Assembly (NCBI RefSeq): GCF_006345805.1
Contig: NC_042997.1
Location: forward strand, 109,864,001-109,928,000
Length of the DNA: 64,000 nt
Source: Octopus sinensis
Taxonomy: Eukaryota
Direction: 5' to 3'
In this document: positions 26,679 to 38,483 of the stretch, in pieces
How the letters are laid out: every line of letters begins with the position of its first letter
Position numbering within the stretch: the stretch's first letter is position 1
Translations under genes and position numbers: made by a program
The notes under the pieces: generated by a model
What the model was told of the DNA's origin: nothing
Database searches by the model: none
Seen by the model: only the letters and a program-made list of their open reading frames with translations

Positions 26679-27134
26679 TATGATATAATTATAAAGAGGG
26701 AAAACTTTTAGCCATTTTCCCGCATGTATCTATGCCTCTATTTATCTGTTTGCCTCTCATATTTATGCGAGCGTGCGTGTGTGTGTGTGCGCGCGTATAT
26801 ATGTATGTACGTGTATTGAGCTTTGTGTAATTTATTGATTTTTACTCAGCTGGTGCTGTTTCACGTAACTCTTCAATGCGTTCCTCATTTTTCATTTATT
26901 CCCCTAACAGAATTACAGCAAATGTGTGTGCGCGCGCGCGTGTGTGTGTACTTGTGTGTATATGTGTGTTTGTGTGTGTGTGAATGGTCTTGAAACAAGA
27001 CGGATTAAAAAGGAAAGTAGAGAACGATCTGATAACAGAATTGAAAGGAGGGAGAATTGACCAATAGTGAGATGTGAGTCGAGGGTGGGACATGGATCGT
27101 GGAAGGATAAAACATAGAAGTCCTTTAAGAGTTA

Positions 27135-27325
27135 TTAGCACCGCCGATGCTTAGCGGCATTTTGTCCGTCTTCACGCAGCCCGAGTTCGAATACTACCCA
27201 GGTCGACTTCGCCTTTCATTCTTTCGGGGTCGATTAAATAAGTTTCTGTCGAATACGGAGGTCGATGTAATCAACTTACCCGCCACCGCTCGAAATTGCT
27301 GGCCTTGTGTCAAGAATTTGAAACC
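27135..27325 (+). mobile_element. SINE family A, degenerate
   Basis: GCTTAGCGGCATTT..GAGTTCGAAT..GGTCGACTTCGCCTTTCATTCTTTCGGGGTCGATTAAA. Confidence 0.82.
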
Positions 27326-27849
27326 TAAATGTCCTCAATATCGACTGTGCAGGAAGATGGGAGAGGTGAGTGTTGTTATTGGTAATGATGTTCGCCGTGT
27401 TGTTGTTGCGGTTGCTGTGGTGATGGTTGTGGTAGCCTCGATAGTAATGATTTATTAATTATGTATTAGGTACTATGTTCTCTCTCTCCCTCTCGCTCTC
27501 TCCCTCTTAAGCACCGATACAACTCAACGCCCACCGTTAGATATGAACTTGTGACACCGGGGGTGAAAGAGCCTTGTAACTTATTGACTCAGCCATTGTG
27601 TCTCTGACAACACATCAGCTCCAACAATGACCATATCAATGTTGATGATAATCATCATCATCATCATCATCATCATCACCATTCTAACAGTTGCAATAAA
27701 GATATCATTGAGGTCGATTACTGTGATGATGGTGATGATGATAAGATGTAGGGGGAGAAGACGGGGAAGGGTGAATGAGTTAATAAGGTTGCTAATGAAA
27801 TCTGTGTTGAAGTGTCTGGCAGCCATTGATGTTGGAGTATGATGTATCA

Positions 27850-27972
27850 CCAATGAGACTCCAACAAACGGCGGCGGCGGCGGCGGCTGCAGAACATTCA
27901 TCTTATTTTCCTTGCTTCACGTGTACACTCAATGACGTCACCACGCACGCATACACACCACGCCTGCGCGCA
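27850..27972. promoter_or_regulatory. Candidate promoter/enhancer motif cluster
   Basis: CCAAT 27850, (CGG)6 27869-27886, CACGTG 27918, TGACGTCA 27933 and TGCGCGCA 27965 in non-repeat CpG-rich sequence. Confidence 0.35.
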
Positions 27973-28159
27973 CGCACATTGTCATCTGCCTTTTCGTTTC
28001 ATTTCCGCTCCATCACCAAACCATCTCCATACTCAAGCTTCATCTCCACCTTTTGAAGAATTTGACAATGGTATTGTCTGTGTCTTTGACGATGTGAGGC
28101 AGTTCTGTGTTTCAGCTAATTAGCCGTACTCATCAGTAGGTTAATATTTATTAGCGATT

Positions 28160-28945
28160 GTAGGGCGACGAAATGCTTAGCGGTATTTCGTCTGCCGCTA
28201 CGTTCTGAGTTCAAATTCCGCCGAGGTCGACTTTGTCTTTCATCCTTTCGGGGTCGATTAAATAAGTAACAGTTACGCACTGGGGTCGATATAATCGACT
28301 TAATCCGTTTGTCTCTCCTTGTTTGTCCTCTCTGTGTTTAGCTTCTTGTGGGTAGTAAAGAAATAGGTAATTTCGTCTGTCTTTACGTTCAGAGTTCAAA
28401 TTCCGCCGAGGTCGACTTTCGGGATCGATAAATTAAGTACCAGTTGCGTACTGAAGTCGATGTAATCGACTGGCCCCCTCCTCAAAAAATTCGGGTCTTG
28501 TGCCTAGAGTAGAAAAGGATATTTATTAACGATTGTAGGGCGGCGAGATGGCAGAATCGGTAGAAAGTCAGGCAAAATACTTTAACTCCGGGATTTACGT
28601 CGTTTTTACGTTCAAATTCCACCGAGGTTAACTTGCATTTTCATCCTTTCGGGTCAATGTTATCGACTTAGCCTCACCCAACTTGTTGGCTTTGTGCCAG
28701 AATTTGAAAGCATTTTTATTATCATTAAGGTAATGGGCTGGCAGAATCGTTAGCAAGCCGGACAAAATGCTGAGCGGCGTTTCGTCCGTTATTAAATTCT
28801 GAGTTTAAATTTCGCCGGGGTTAACTTTCCTTTCCATTCTTTCGGGGGTCGATAAAATAAGTTTAGCATTTATCCCCTCCCCTTTATACCTCCCCATTTA
28901 CCCCCTCCCCCTAAAATTACTAGCCTTGTACTGAAATTTGAAATC
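28160..28945 (+). mobile_element. Three head-to-tail SINE family A copies
   Basis: Copies at about 28160-28518 (long form), 28536-28712 and 28730-28945, all on + and separated by short ATT spacers. Confidence 0.88.
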
Positions 28946-29285
28946 GTTATTCTTATTATCATCATTGCCCCCTCTCTGTCCTCTCTCGTATCTCTCTCTT
29001 TCTTCTCCTTCCCCCTCTCCCCTCTCCCCTATCTCTCTCTTCTCTCCTACCCTTCTCTCATCCTCTCTCTTCTCCTCCTGCCCCTTCTCTCATCTCCCCC
29101 TCCCCCTATCTTTCTCTTCTATCTCTTTCTTCTCCTCCTGCCCCCCTCCTCTCTCGTATCACTCTCTTTCTACTTCTGCCCCCTCTCTCCTCTCCCCTCT
29201 CTCTCTCTTCTCTTCTCTCCTCTCCCCCATTTTCTCTCTCTTCTCCTCCTGCCCCTCTCTCCCCTTCTTTCTCTCTTCCCAACTC
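28945..29285. repeat. Polypyrimidine (CT-rich) tract
   Basis: Almost purely C/T for about 340 nt, with the repeated subunit TTCTCCTCCTGCCCC. Confidence 0.9.
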
Positions 29286-29557
29286 TCAAGTCAGACTTTA
29301 TCACTATTTGTAGAAAGACGACATAACAAATATTTACCAAACTCACCAGCTCTTGTAACTCTTTCTGGAATGTTTCGCAAATAATTGGTTAGTTTTGCTG
29401 CCAATTACTCGCTACTTTGGCACTTTTCTTCTTCCCTGTTTATTTTTCTCTCCATTTCAAACTCTTCCCACAAAATTCTCCCATGTTCCTTTATTTATTT
29501 ATCTTTTTTTATTACATTTTCTAGTTTTTCTCCCTGTCTCACTTTTTTTTTTACATG

Positions 29558-29589
<32 letters not shown>

Positions 29590-29618
29590 AGTCTGTCTCT
29601 CTCTCTCTCTCTCTCTTC

Positions 29619-29696
<78 letters not shown>

Positions 29697-29789
29697 CGCG
29701 CAGGAATGTTGACAGTCACTTCAAAGTTTCGCTGCTGGTGGTTAATCTCAACTGCTTTGAATCGAGCCATCAGCAGCCAACTTCGAAGT

Positions 29790-30005
29790 ACCTTATTTTA
29801 TTATTCTTTTATCTGCTTCAGCCATTCGACTGCGGTCATGCTGGAGCACCGCCTCTAGTCAAATTTATTCTCTGTAACCCTAGTACTTATTGTATCGGTT
29901 TCTTTTGTCGAACCACTAAGTTACGGTGACGTAAACACACCACCATCGGTTGTCAAGCGATGGTGGATGGACAAACACAGACACACACACACACACACAC
30001 ACACG

Positions 30006-30053
<48 letters not shown>

Positions 30054-30233
30054 ACACACACACACATATATATATATACGACGGGCTTCTTTCTGTTTTC
30101 GTCTACCAAATCCGCTCACGAGGCTTTGTTCGGCCCGAAGCTATAGTAGAAGACACTTGCCCAAGGTGCCACGCAGTGGAACAGAACCCAGAACCATGTG
30201 GATGGTAAGCAAGCTACTTACCACACAGCCACG
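29790..30233 (-). mobile_element. SINE family B, full length with internal CA microsatellite
   Basis: GCGGTCATGCTGGAGCACCGCC..CGACGGGCTTCTTTC..CCCAAGGTGCCACGCAGTGG..CCACACAGCCACGCC. Confidence 0.92.
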
Positions 30234-30589
30234 CCTGTCAACATTCCTGTAATAAATATTTGACATAACACATGTATTGAGTCCTGTCTATCATTAATCT
30301 TTATTGTTATTATTTCTTTAAAAACACTTGTTTTAATAGGTTTGTGTGTGTGAGATCTTTGTTATGTTGCGCTAATAGCTAAACCTCAAACACACATATA
30401 CATACACACGTCCAAAAACTTATGCGACACTCACAAGGGATTATATATTGGTAACAGGTACCATGCTATCGTTAATTATTTTAGGTGCCTGAGAAGTCAT
30501 GTGCAGGCACAGTCACACCCTCGGCCCCACCCCTGCTCTTTATCCAGCGGAACATCTAAAATATCAGTCCTTGGTTTGGGAGCAGTACC

Positions 30590-30730
30590 AGCAATCGGTT
30601 GTTACTCATTTTCAGACTGGAATAAGGTGAAGTGTCTTGCTCAAGGACCCGACACATTTCTCGGTCCAGAAACCGAACCTAGACATTCTGAACGTGGGCG
30701 TAACATCCGAACAACGAGCCCATGCGCCTT
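30590..30730 (-). mobile_element. SINE family C-like 5' fragment
   Basis: AAGTGTCTTGCTCAAGGAC..CCGAACC..CATCCGAAC. Confidence 0.6.
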
Positions 30731-31997
30731 CGTATGAGATGAGAGAGAGAGAGACAGAGAGAGAGAGAGAAGAGAACCTTAGAGAGACAACAAAGGAACA
30801 GTAAGAAACACCCCCCCACACACACACACAGTCACAAATGATGTGTGTGTGTGTGTAACGCTTTCTCTCTCTCCTTCTTTCTCTCTTTTTCTCTGTCTTT
30901 CTCTTTATTTCTCTCTCTTTCTCTTTCTCTCTCGTTCTCTCTATCCCTCTGTCTCTCTCCCTCTCTCTCTCTCTCTCTCCCGATACGTATCATTTTAGAA
31001 TATAGAAAAAATGGTGAGTTTATTGGAAATAAAAGCTTGTTCCATATTCTTTTTCTTAATAATAGAACTGTCTTTCACACAGTCTCCCCCTCCTCTTTTT
31101 CCTTTTCCCACTAATTTCATTAGTTTTTCTTTCCATCTTCATTTTCCTCCCCCCACTCTCTCTAATACCACCTCTACTTTTTATATCACTTCCTCCCTTT
31201 TTCTTTACCCTGTTTCCCTTTTTTCACAACCTTTTGCTCTCCCTCCCTTCATCCTCTCTTAACCCAATCCCAGCCGGTTGGTGCCCCAACCCACCACCCT
31301 CGTCCCTTTCAGTGTTCATATTTCCGAGCAGGGAGCACTTACAACCATGTGACATGAAATCCCTTCCCTTCAGTTGCCGGGATTAAGCAATCTTCTACGC
31401 TATTAACTCCCTTTAATGATGTAAGCGATCTGCTTCTTGTAAATCGTTGAGTTGCGGTTTGAAAGCTGCCATGGCAGGGAGACGAGGATATAAGGAGAAG
31501 ATTGAAGGAAAGGGCTGAAACGGTGGCATCCGTCGTCCACATTTACACCATTCTTCGAAAGAGAACTAATTGTTATAAGAGACAAGCATGGAATGAAGGG
31601 AAGCGGAGTGGGGTGATGGAAGGCAGAGAGTAAGGAAAGGGAGATGGGGAGATAATAAGAATGGAGACAGGAAAGTATTATAAGACGAGGGCATGGGTGG
31701 AGAGGAATACAAAGGAATAGAGTTAAAAAGAAAAAAAACAGATAGAGGGGATGGGAGTGCCAAAGATGACGTCTGAACAAAAATACCCAAGCAGTTAATA
31801 GTGAGGTGTGAAGAAAGGTAAATATTAGGGATAAAATGTTGACAGACAATTTAGTTAAACCCTAAAAGGGGCAGGTGAAGCCATTTCGGTTTAAACATTG
31901 CTAATTGTAAAAATGATTTGGGTTTTTTTTTTGTATTTTTTACCGAGGTATAAAACTAGAAATTTTGGAAACGAATGTAGTCTTGTATATATATATG

Positions 31998-32358
31998 TTT
32001 TATTTGTTTGCCATTTGACTGCGATCATGCTGGAGCACCGCCTTTAGTCGAACAGATCGAGCCCAGAATTTATTTTTTGCAAGCGTAGTACTTATTCGAT
32101 CGGTCTCTTTTACCGAACCGCTAAGTTGCGGGGACGTAAACATTGGTTTTCAAGCGACGATGGGGGGGGGCAAACAGACACACAAATACACGCATACACG
32201 CATATTTATACGACGGGCTTCTTTCAATTTCCGTCCACCAAATCCACTCACAAAGCTTTGGTCGGCCCAAGGCTATAATAGAAGTCACTTGCCCAAAGTG
32301 CCACGCAGTGGGACTTAACCCGGAACCATGTGGTTGGTAAGCCGTTCCTGTGCCTAAG
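31998..32358 (-). mobile_element. SINE family B, A box deleted, abutting the 5S pseudogene
   Basis: Same body as 29790-30233; the head lacks the GTGTGGTAAG segment. Confidence 0.9.
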
Positions 32359-32365
32359 CGTGAGA

Positions 32366-32484
32366 CGCTTACAACACCTAGGTTTCCCAAGCGGTCACCC
32401 ATCTAAGTACTCACTAGGCTCGACGTTGCTTAACTTCGGCGTCCGGACGAGAACCGGTGCATTCAACGTGATATCAACGCAATT
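32366..32484 (-). pseudogene. 5S rRNA pseudogene (near full length, 5' 10 nt decayed)
   Basis: Minus strand reads ATATCACGTTGAATGCACCGGTTCTCGTCCGGACGCCGAAGTTAAGCAACGTCGAGCCTAGTGAGTACTTAGATGGGTGACCGCTTGGGAAACCTAGGTGTTGTAAGC, recognisably invertebrate 5S rRNA with scattered substitutions. Single copy with no flanking array. Confidence 0.92.
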
Positions 32485-33105
32485 CTCATTTTATGTGAAT
32501 CTCTATTTTTCTATAGAACCTGGCGCAAGCACTGAAAGTTACTACGTTTCGTATACGAATACATCGATGAAAACAATACGATCGAAGATAGAATAATGGT
32601 CAGTGGGTGTATAGGAAAACCGGAGTGTAATATAAAGACATGAATCAATCCCAGTTTGTGACTGGTACAGCCTTGCTGATCAGTCCGAAATGGTTCGTAT
32701 TCAAGTGAGACGTAAAGTTGTTTCCGTGTATTTTTTGTGAAAACAGTTCTGATGAAAGAATTTCCCGGGCAGCAGTGTAATGTAAATCGTGTGCATGTCT
32801 CGATCATTATTAACAGACATATCTAAAGACAGAATGCGAAGATAGTCACCATGGGGTTGTTGATACAAATGGTACCCATGGAATTAAAGCAATGTCATTA
32901 ACTCCGATCCCAATTTTTATTCTTCGTATTCTACAACGGAAAATAAACTCAGGGATTCTCTGATAATTCAAAACAGCAGTTTTCTTGCAGGATATTCCTC
33001 TCTTGAAATTTTCACAAGCTCTCCATGGGAGTGCTTCCTAACGTAAACACCTCGGTTAACTTATCCCTGTTGACCTACTTTATGCACATTTTCTCTCTCT
33101 CTCTC

Positions 33106-33139
<34 letters not shown>

Positions 33140-33262
33140 ATATCTGTAAATGTAAAATTCCTCTATTTACATAATATCGAGGTATCTTTCTTTCTTTTGT
33201 TGTTTTACCATTTTTATCAATATATATAAATATATATGTGTATGTATATGTGTATGTATGTG

Positions 33263-33308
<46 letters not shown>

Positions 33309-34049
33309 ATATAGTGTGTGTGTGTGTGTGGTGTGTGTGTGTGTGTGTGTATGTACATGTGTGTGTGCAATAGCCGATACAAATGTTAGTAGTTTGATTT
33401 TTCCTCACGTTTTACATCGTATATATATAGAGAGAGAGGGGGAGGAGAGAGTAAAAGAGAAAGATACATCGTATACACAGAGAGAGTGAGGGACCGAGTA
33501 AAAGAGATACAGAGAGTTAACATAAGAGGTGCAGGATGAGTATTTAATAACTCTCTGTAAAATAGACATTTTTTTTTTTAATAAGATTTTGCTGAGACAG
33601 ATTTTCAATGGAATAGATTTTAATTATGTTGATAAAATTTAGAAAAATAATAACATATATTTACTGCAAAAATACAAATGAGAAATTTGTTTCATTAAAT
33701 TTTATTTGAAGGTAATAAATATTTTTCTTTTAAAATTAGCATTAGTTTCGTTATTTTGTACAGGCGCCAAGAAATTTGATAAAAGTTTAATTACAATGAT
33801 CTTCTGTGAGTCATATTTCCTGATATTACCCCATGCAGACAGAAGTATACTTTCAAAATTCCCGATTATACGACGGGTAACACGTTAGTATGGCCAGCCG
33901 AAATTGCAAAGATAATCTGGAACTCGACTGAGGAAAGAAAACTCCGAATGACCCGTACTTGTTTTCTTTGTTTCGTCTGTCTGGATAATATATTGTCCCC
34001 TGTTTGTATCACCTAAGTGTCTGGATGTGTTTGCGCTCTTGTACCATTT

Positions 34050-34081
<32 letters not shown>

Positions 34082-34083
<2 letters not shown>

Positions 34084-34314
34084 GTAATCCATGGACTATC
34101 GCGGGTGCTACATTCCAAAAGCCCTCTCGATAGGTGAAAATCCGCGAAGGAGAAACAGTACTGTAGTGTATAATTTTTTTTTTTTTTATAATTTGTATTT
34201 ATTTATTTTATTAGAAATGCAAAACAACACCACGGTGGAATTGACATAAGCTTAAATAATAAACTGCGATAGGCGAACCGCGATAGCCGAACCGCGATAT
34301 ACGAGGGATTACTA
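34082..34314. mobile_element. pogo/Tigger-like MITE, copy 1
   Basis: Ends AGTAATCCATGGACTATCGCGG and CCGCGATATACGAGGGATTACT are imperfect inverted repeats; subterminal GAACCGCGATA repeats. Confidence 0.75.
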
Positions 34315-34527
34315 AAGACGATCTGCTTCTCTACTGATGGATGAAAGCTCCGAATGACCCGTCTTTGTTTTTCCCTGTCCTTTTTTGTATCCTCTCACTC
34401 TCCGAATGTTTTGTTGTCGCCTCTTAACGTTGTTGTTGTTCCATTCATATATATATATATATATGTATATATATGTATATAGATAGATAGATAGATAGAT
34501 AGATACTTTACTGAAAAGCAGCAAAAA

Positions 34528-34626
34528 TATCACAAAAACTGTTACTCAGAGGTTCACGTTCACGTTCGTCGGACAGTTTTGTTTAAGAACGGGAACATGA
34601 AACTTTGAGTAACAGTTTTTGTGATA
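34528..34626. repeat. About 40-bp-arm inverted repeat made of two degenerate hammerhead motifs
   Basis: Arms 34528-34567 and 34587-34626 are reverse complements with a few mismatches. Minus copy reads AAAACTGT CCGACGA ACG TGAA CGT GAA CCTC T GAGT A ACAGTTTT. Confidence 0.75.
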
Positions 34627-34731
34627 ATATTAACGCTTTTTCATAAAGCGTAATACTCTACATCTGGTAGTCGAGTACTATTTTTCCCACCTTGTTTCGC
34701 ATTTATGTGCTTACTCTGGCAAACCTTTCCG

Positions 34732-34819
<88 letters not shown>

Positions 34820-35884
34820 CATATATACAGAGAGAGAGAGAGAGAGAGAAATAGCTCTGACGAAAATAGCATTAATTTTTGTAGGTCGTTCAATTTACCT
34901 CAATTGATCAATAGACCAATTGAGTAAACCTATCAGTAATGTACCTGTAATGACTACTGGAAACAGCTGTAAGCCAAATTTACTCTAATAAAACAAGACT
35001 ATGTAATGATCATTATTTGCATCTTGTCTTAGCTAGATCGGTTGGTAGGTTGGTTGGATGGATGGATGGATGGATGGATGGATAGATAGATAATGTGTAA
35101 TTACAGTGAAACAGGCAGACAAAATACACTTAGAGCTACAGCTTTCTTGTGTGTGTGTGTGTGGTGTGTGTGTGGGTGTGTGTCGGGATACTGTGTCTGT
35201 AGACAACCTTTGCTCGCTGCTGTAGACATTGTACCCAGGTACTTTGCACAGGGTATAAATTGCTTTCATTTTTGGTATCCATTACGCCTAGTTAAAAAAT
35301 GTTTTGAATAAGAAAAACAAACCCGAAAAAATATCCCAAACTCATCATAAATATCCATAACAAACAAAACGAAAACGTAAATAAATATAATGTAGGGATA
35401 AAAATATCAATAAAATTAAAGCGAAGTTCTTAAAACAAACAGCTAATGAGAAGTTAAACGAGGCAAGTATTTGCAAGAAATCAAATAGCGAAGTAGAAGC
35501 AGAGTGTCTGGCAAAACATGGCTGCCATTCTGGTATTTGTTTAGTGTTGACGTGTTTGTTGATATCATCAGTTCACAGAGATGTATCGAGTTAGCGTGTT
35601 TGTTAGTTTAAGGCCGAACCGTGCTTCCTGAAAGCTGTCTCCAAGAACTTTTCAACTGTCAATTTAATGCCAATCATTTGTCATTTTGCTTCTTTTACAC
35701 CAAATAAAATCCGTTATTTTTTTTTTATTTTCATATCTTTTTTTTTTTTTTTACTTGTGTTTTTCCCCTCTGGATATGTGTGTGTGTGTGTGTTTTCTTT
35801 CTGCTATTTTCCAACATTGATTTCCATAAATGGTAATTCTTAACGAACTATTTACGGAAAGTGGGAATGGTGGGTACTTATTCG

Positions 35885-35967
<83 letters not shown>

Positions 35968-36105
35968 CTCATCTTGTACTGAATAGGACGTCTTTGAGAT
36001 ATCAATATGTTTTTATTCCATTAAGTTTTCTACGTTCTTTCACTTTGATTCCTTAACGTATATTTGTAAATTTTACCCACGTGCACACACTAACACACAC
36101 ACACA

Positions 36106-36147
<42 letters not shown>

Positions 36148-36257
36148 TATTATATATATATGTATGTATGTATATATGTATGTATATATTTATTTATTTA
36201 TTTAATCTTGTGCAAATCTTGAGTTAATACTTGATACTATTATAACTTAGAGATGAT

Positions 36258-36455
36258 GATGAGCTGGCAGAATCGTTAGCACGCCGGACGAAATGCTTGC
36301 CGGTATTTCGTCTGCCGTTACGTTATGAGTTCAAATTCCGCCGAGGTCGACTTTGCCTTTCATCCTTTCGGAGTCGATAAAATAAGTACCAGTTGTATAC
36401 TGGGATCGATGTAATCAACTCACCCTCTCTCTCTCGAGATCGCTAGCCTTGTGCA
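36258..36455 (+). mobile_element. SINE family A
   Basis: GAGCTGGCAGAATCGTTAGCACGCCGGACGAAATGC..GAGTTCAAATTCCGCCGAGGTCGACTTTGCCTTTCATCC. Confidence 0.92.
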
Positions 36456-36466
36456 ACGATGCGCAT

Positions 36467-36525
<59 letters not shown>

Positions 36526-37375
36526 ACACACACACACAGTCATGACATTACTTTACACGCCACAAACCAAGCGTTTGCTTTCTTCTGTTATTGTGAACGG
36601 CCTGGGTACTAGTATTATTGGAACTCGATTCCTGTAACCTCATTGTACACTCCATTATAGTCAGCGTCAGAACCGTTTCTACGCCGTGCCTCAGCGTTGC
36701 CAGATAAAGAATTTAAGACATGAATCGTAATTCTCATAAATTATATGGCAAATCTGGATAAAATCTTAATTTACTAATCCTACACTGTCGAACAAATAAT
36801 TACTAACATAGTTATTTAATTGTATATACGCTGTGTAAGTTACGCGTACGACGTATGTATGTTTGTGTATGTATGAATCTATATACATGTGTGAATATAT
36901 TCGCGTATGTATGCATGATAAAATTGGGTAAAATCGGTAGTTATTGACCCCCAACATGATTAAACACGTATAAAAACAGGAAACATTAAACAGACTCAAG
37001 ACCTAATAACTTTCTTGAAATAATTAATCTTAAATGCACTTTTTTTTTAATATTTAATCTATTTTATGGGGTAAAAATCTGATTAGGAAGGTCAGATTCC
37101 GTCTTGCAGGATTTTGCCTTGCTTATGCCGGAATTGAAGAAGGGCCAAAACACGATGTAATAAAAAGAAAATACTCCCAACAAATCCCTGGATGGAATTT
37201 TTACCATAGTCTACCCCACCACAAACAAAGAAGGAAAAAATACAATGGACCCCGCCCTATCATTCACAAATAAAATCATAATCATTTGCACTAGATTGTG
37301 AAAACTGATCACTTACTTACATTATTTACATTATTTAAATTTGACGGATATTTGTCCTCACTTTGTTTGTTGTTA

Positions 37376-37420
37376 ACACAAAATTTCGGCTGATATACCC
37401 CCCAGCCTTCATCAGGTGAC
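37376..37420 (-). ncRNA. Degenerate hammerhead motif (stem III damaged)
   Basis: Minus strand: TCAC CTGATGA A GGCTG gggggtatat CAGCC GAAA TTTT GTGT. Confidence 0.5.
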
Positions 37421-37539
37421 TTGGGGAAATATCGAACCTGGGTTCTCATTCCTAAGGTGTATTCCTGTGAGCATAGTGGTTAAGAGCGCGGCTTACTAAC
37501 CCCAAGCTTCCGAATTAGATTCCAGGCAGTGACCAACAA

Positions 37540-38230
37540 ATCGCATCACATTAAGGTTTGCTGCCTCACTCCAGCTCTTCTGACCATCAACAATGTGGTA
37601 GAGAATTTTCTGTTCAAAATCCAATGATCGCAGCTTAAAGTGTAGAACAGAAAAACGAAAGAAGATCAGCTTTGGTGATGTTCTCATGACATTGTCCTTG
37701 TCGCTCACTACACGAAAAGGCAATGTCCCCAGCTGACAGCTTCTCCCATTCTGTTTTGCAAGCAGCATAGTCCTTGGTAGGATCAAAACCTACAGATATC
37801 ACTACAACGTTGTTCGCATCAGCTTGCGATGTATGACACAGATGACTGAATGCTCCACTCTCACCTTGAAGCAGGGAGACCCTGACAGATACACCAAATA
37901 CGCCGCAATACACCAAAAAAGCAATTTTGGTCGATATACTCTCATTTGGTTATTTGAACCCAGACCTACATAAACAAAGAAAAACACAAATAATTTTGGT
38001 TCTAGCTGATAGTCCTTAAAATTGTGGTTCACACGATCCCTCAACCACTTTCAGGTGATTATTTAAACCCGAGATATGATTTTTCCCCCTGAATTAGCTC
38101 ATCTGGGCACAGTGTGCAACGTTTAGGATGTCACTTTGGTTTGTGCCTCAGAGGTTTCTAGGATTCGGTTAATATCATGGGTAAATGAAAGAAATAATAA
38201 GATGTGCTTAAATTGCATGCTCGCGCTCCA
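37540..38230 (-). mobile_element. Possible highly decayed RTE-like LINE fragment
   Basis: Short peptides across frames (HDINRILETSEAQ, LKVVEG, FGVSVRVSLLQGES) resemble RTE RT and post-RT segments. Many stops and frameshifts. Confidence 0.3.
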
Positions 38231-38434
38231 GACCTGGTAACCACGTACAAATAACCCACTTCGTACAAGTGTTCTCTTGAAAGATTACGTAAATATAATT
38301 CCTTGTCTTATTGCAAGACTAAAATGTCACAAACTATTGAAACCGGTGGCATATCTTGATAAAATTGTAAATATTTTCTTCCTTTCATACATGATAGCTG
38401 TAAAAGTATTTTCTCATTCATTTTTAATATGCAT

Positions 38435-38483
<49 letters not shown>

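Noticed and set aside
28100-28140. Minus-strand CTGATGA..GAAAC at 28137-28110
   Set aside because: Stem I does not pair and stem III has two mismatches; cannot be distinguished from chance.
37496-37545. RFVGHCL peptide as RTE evidence
   Set aside because: It comes from the reverse strand of a tRNA-like SINE head (about 37466-37535), so it does not support the LINE call.
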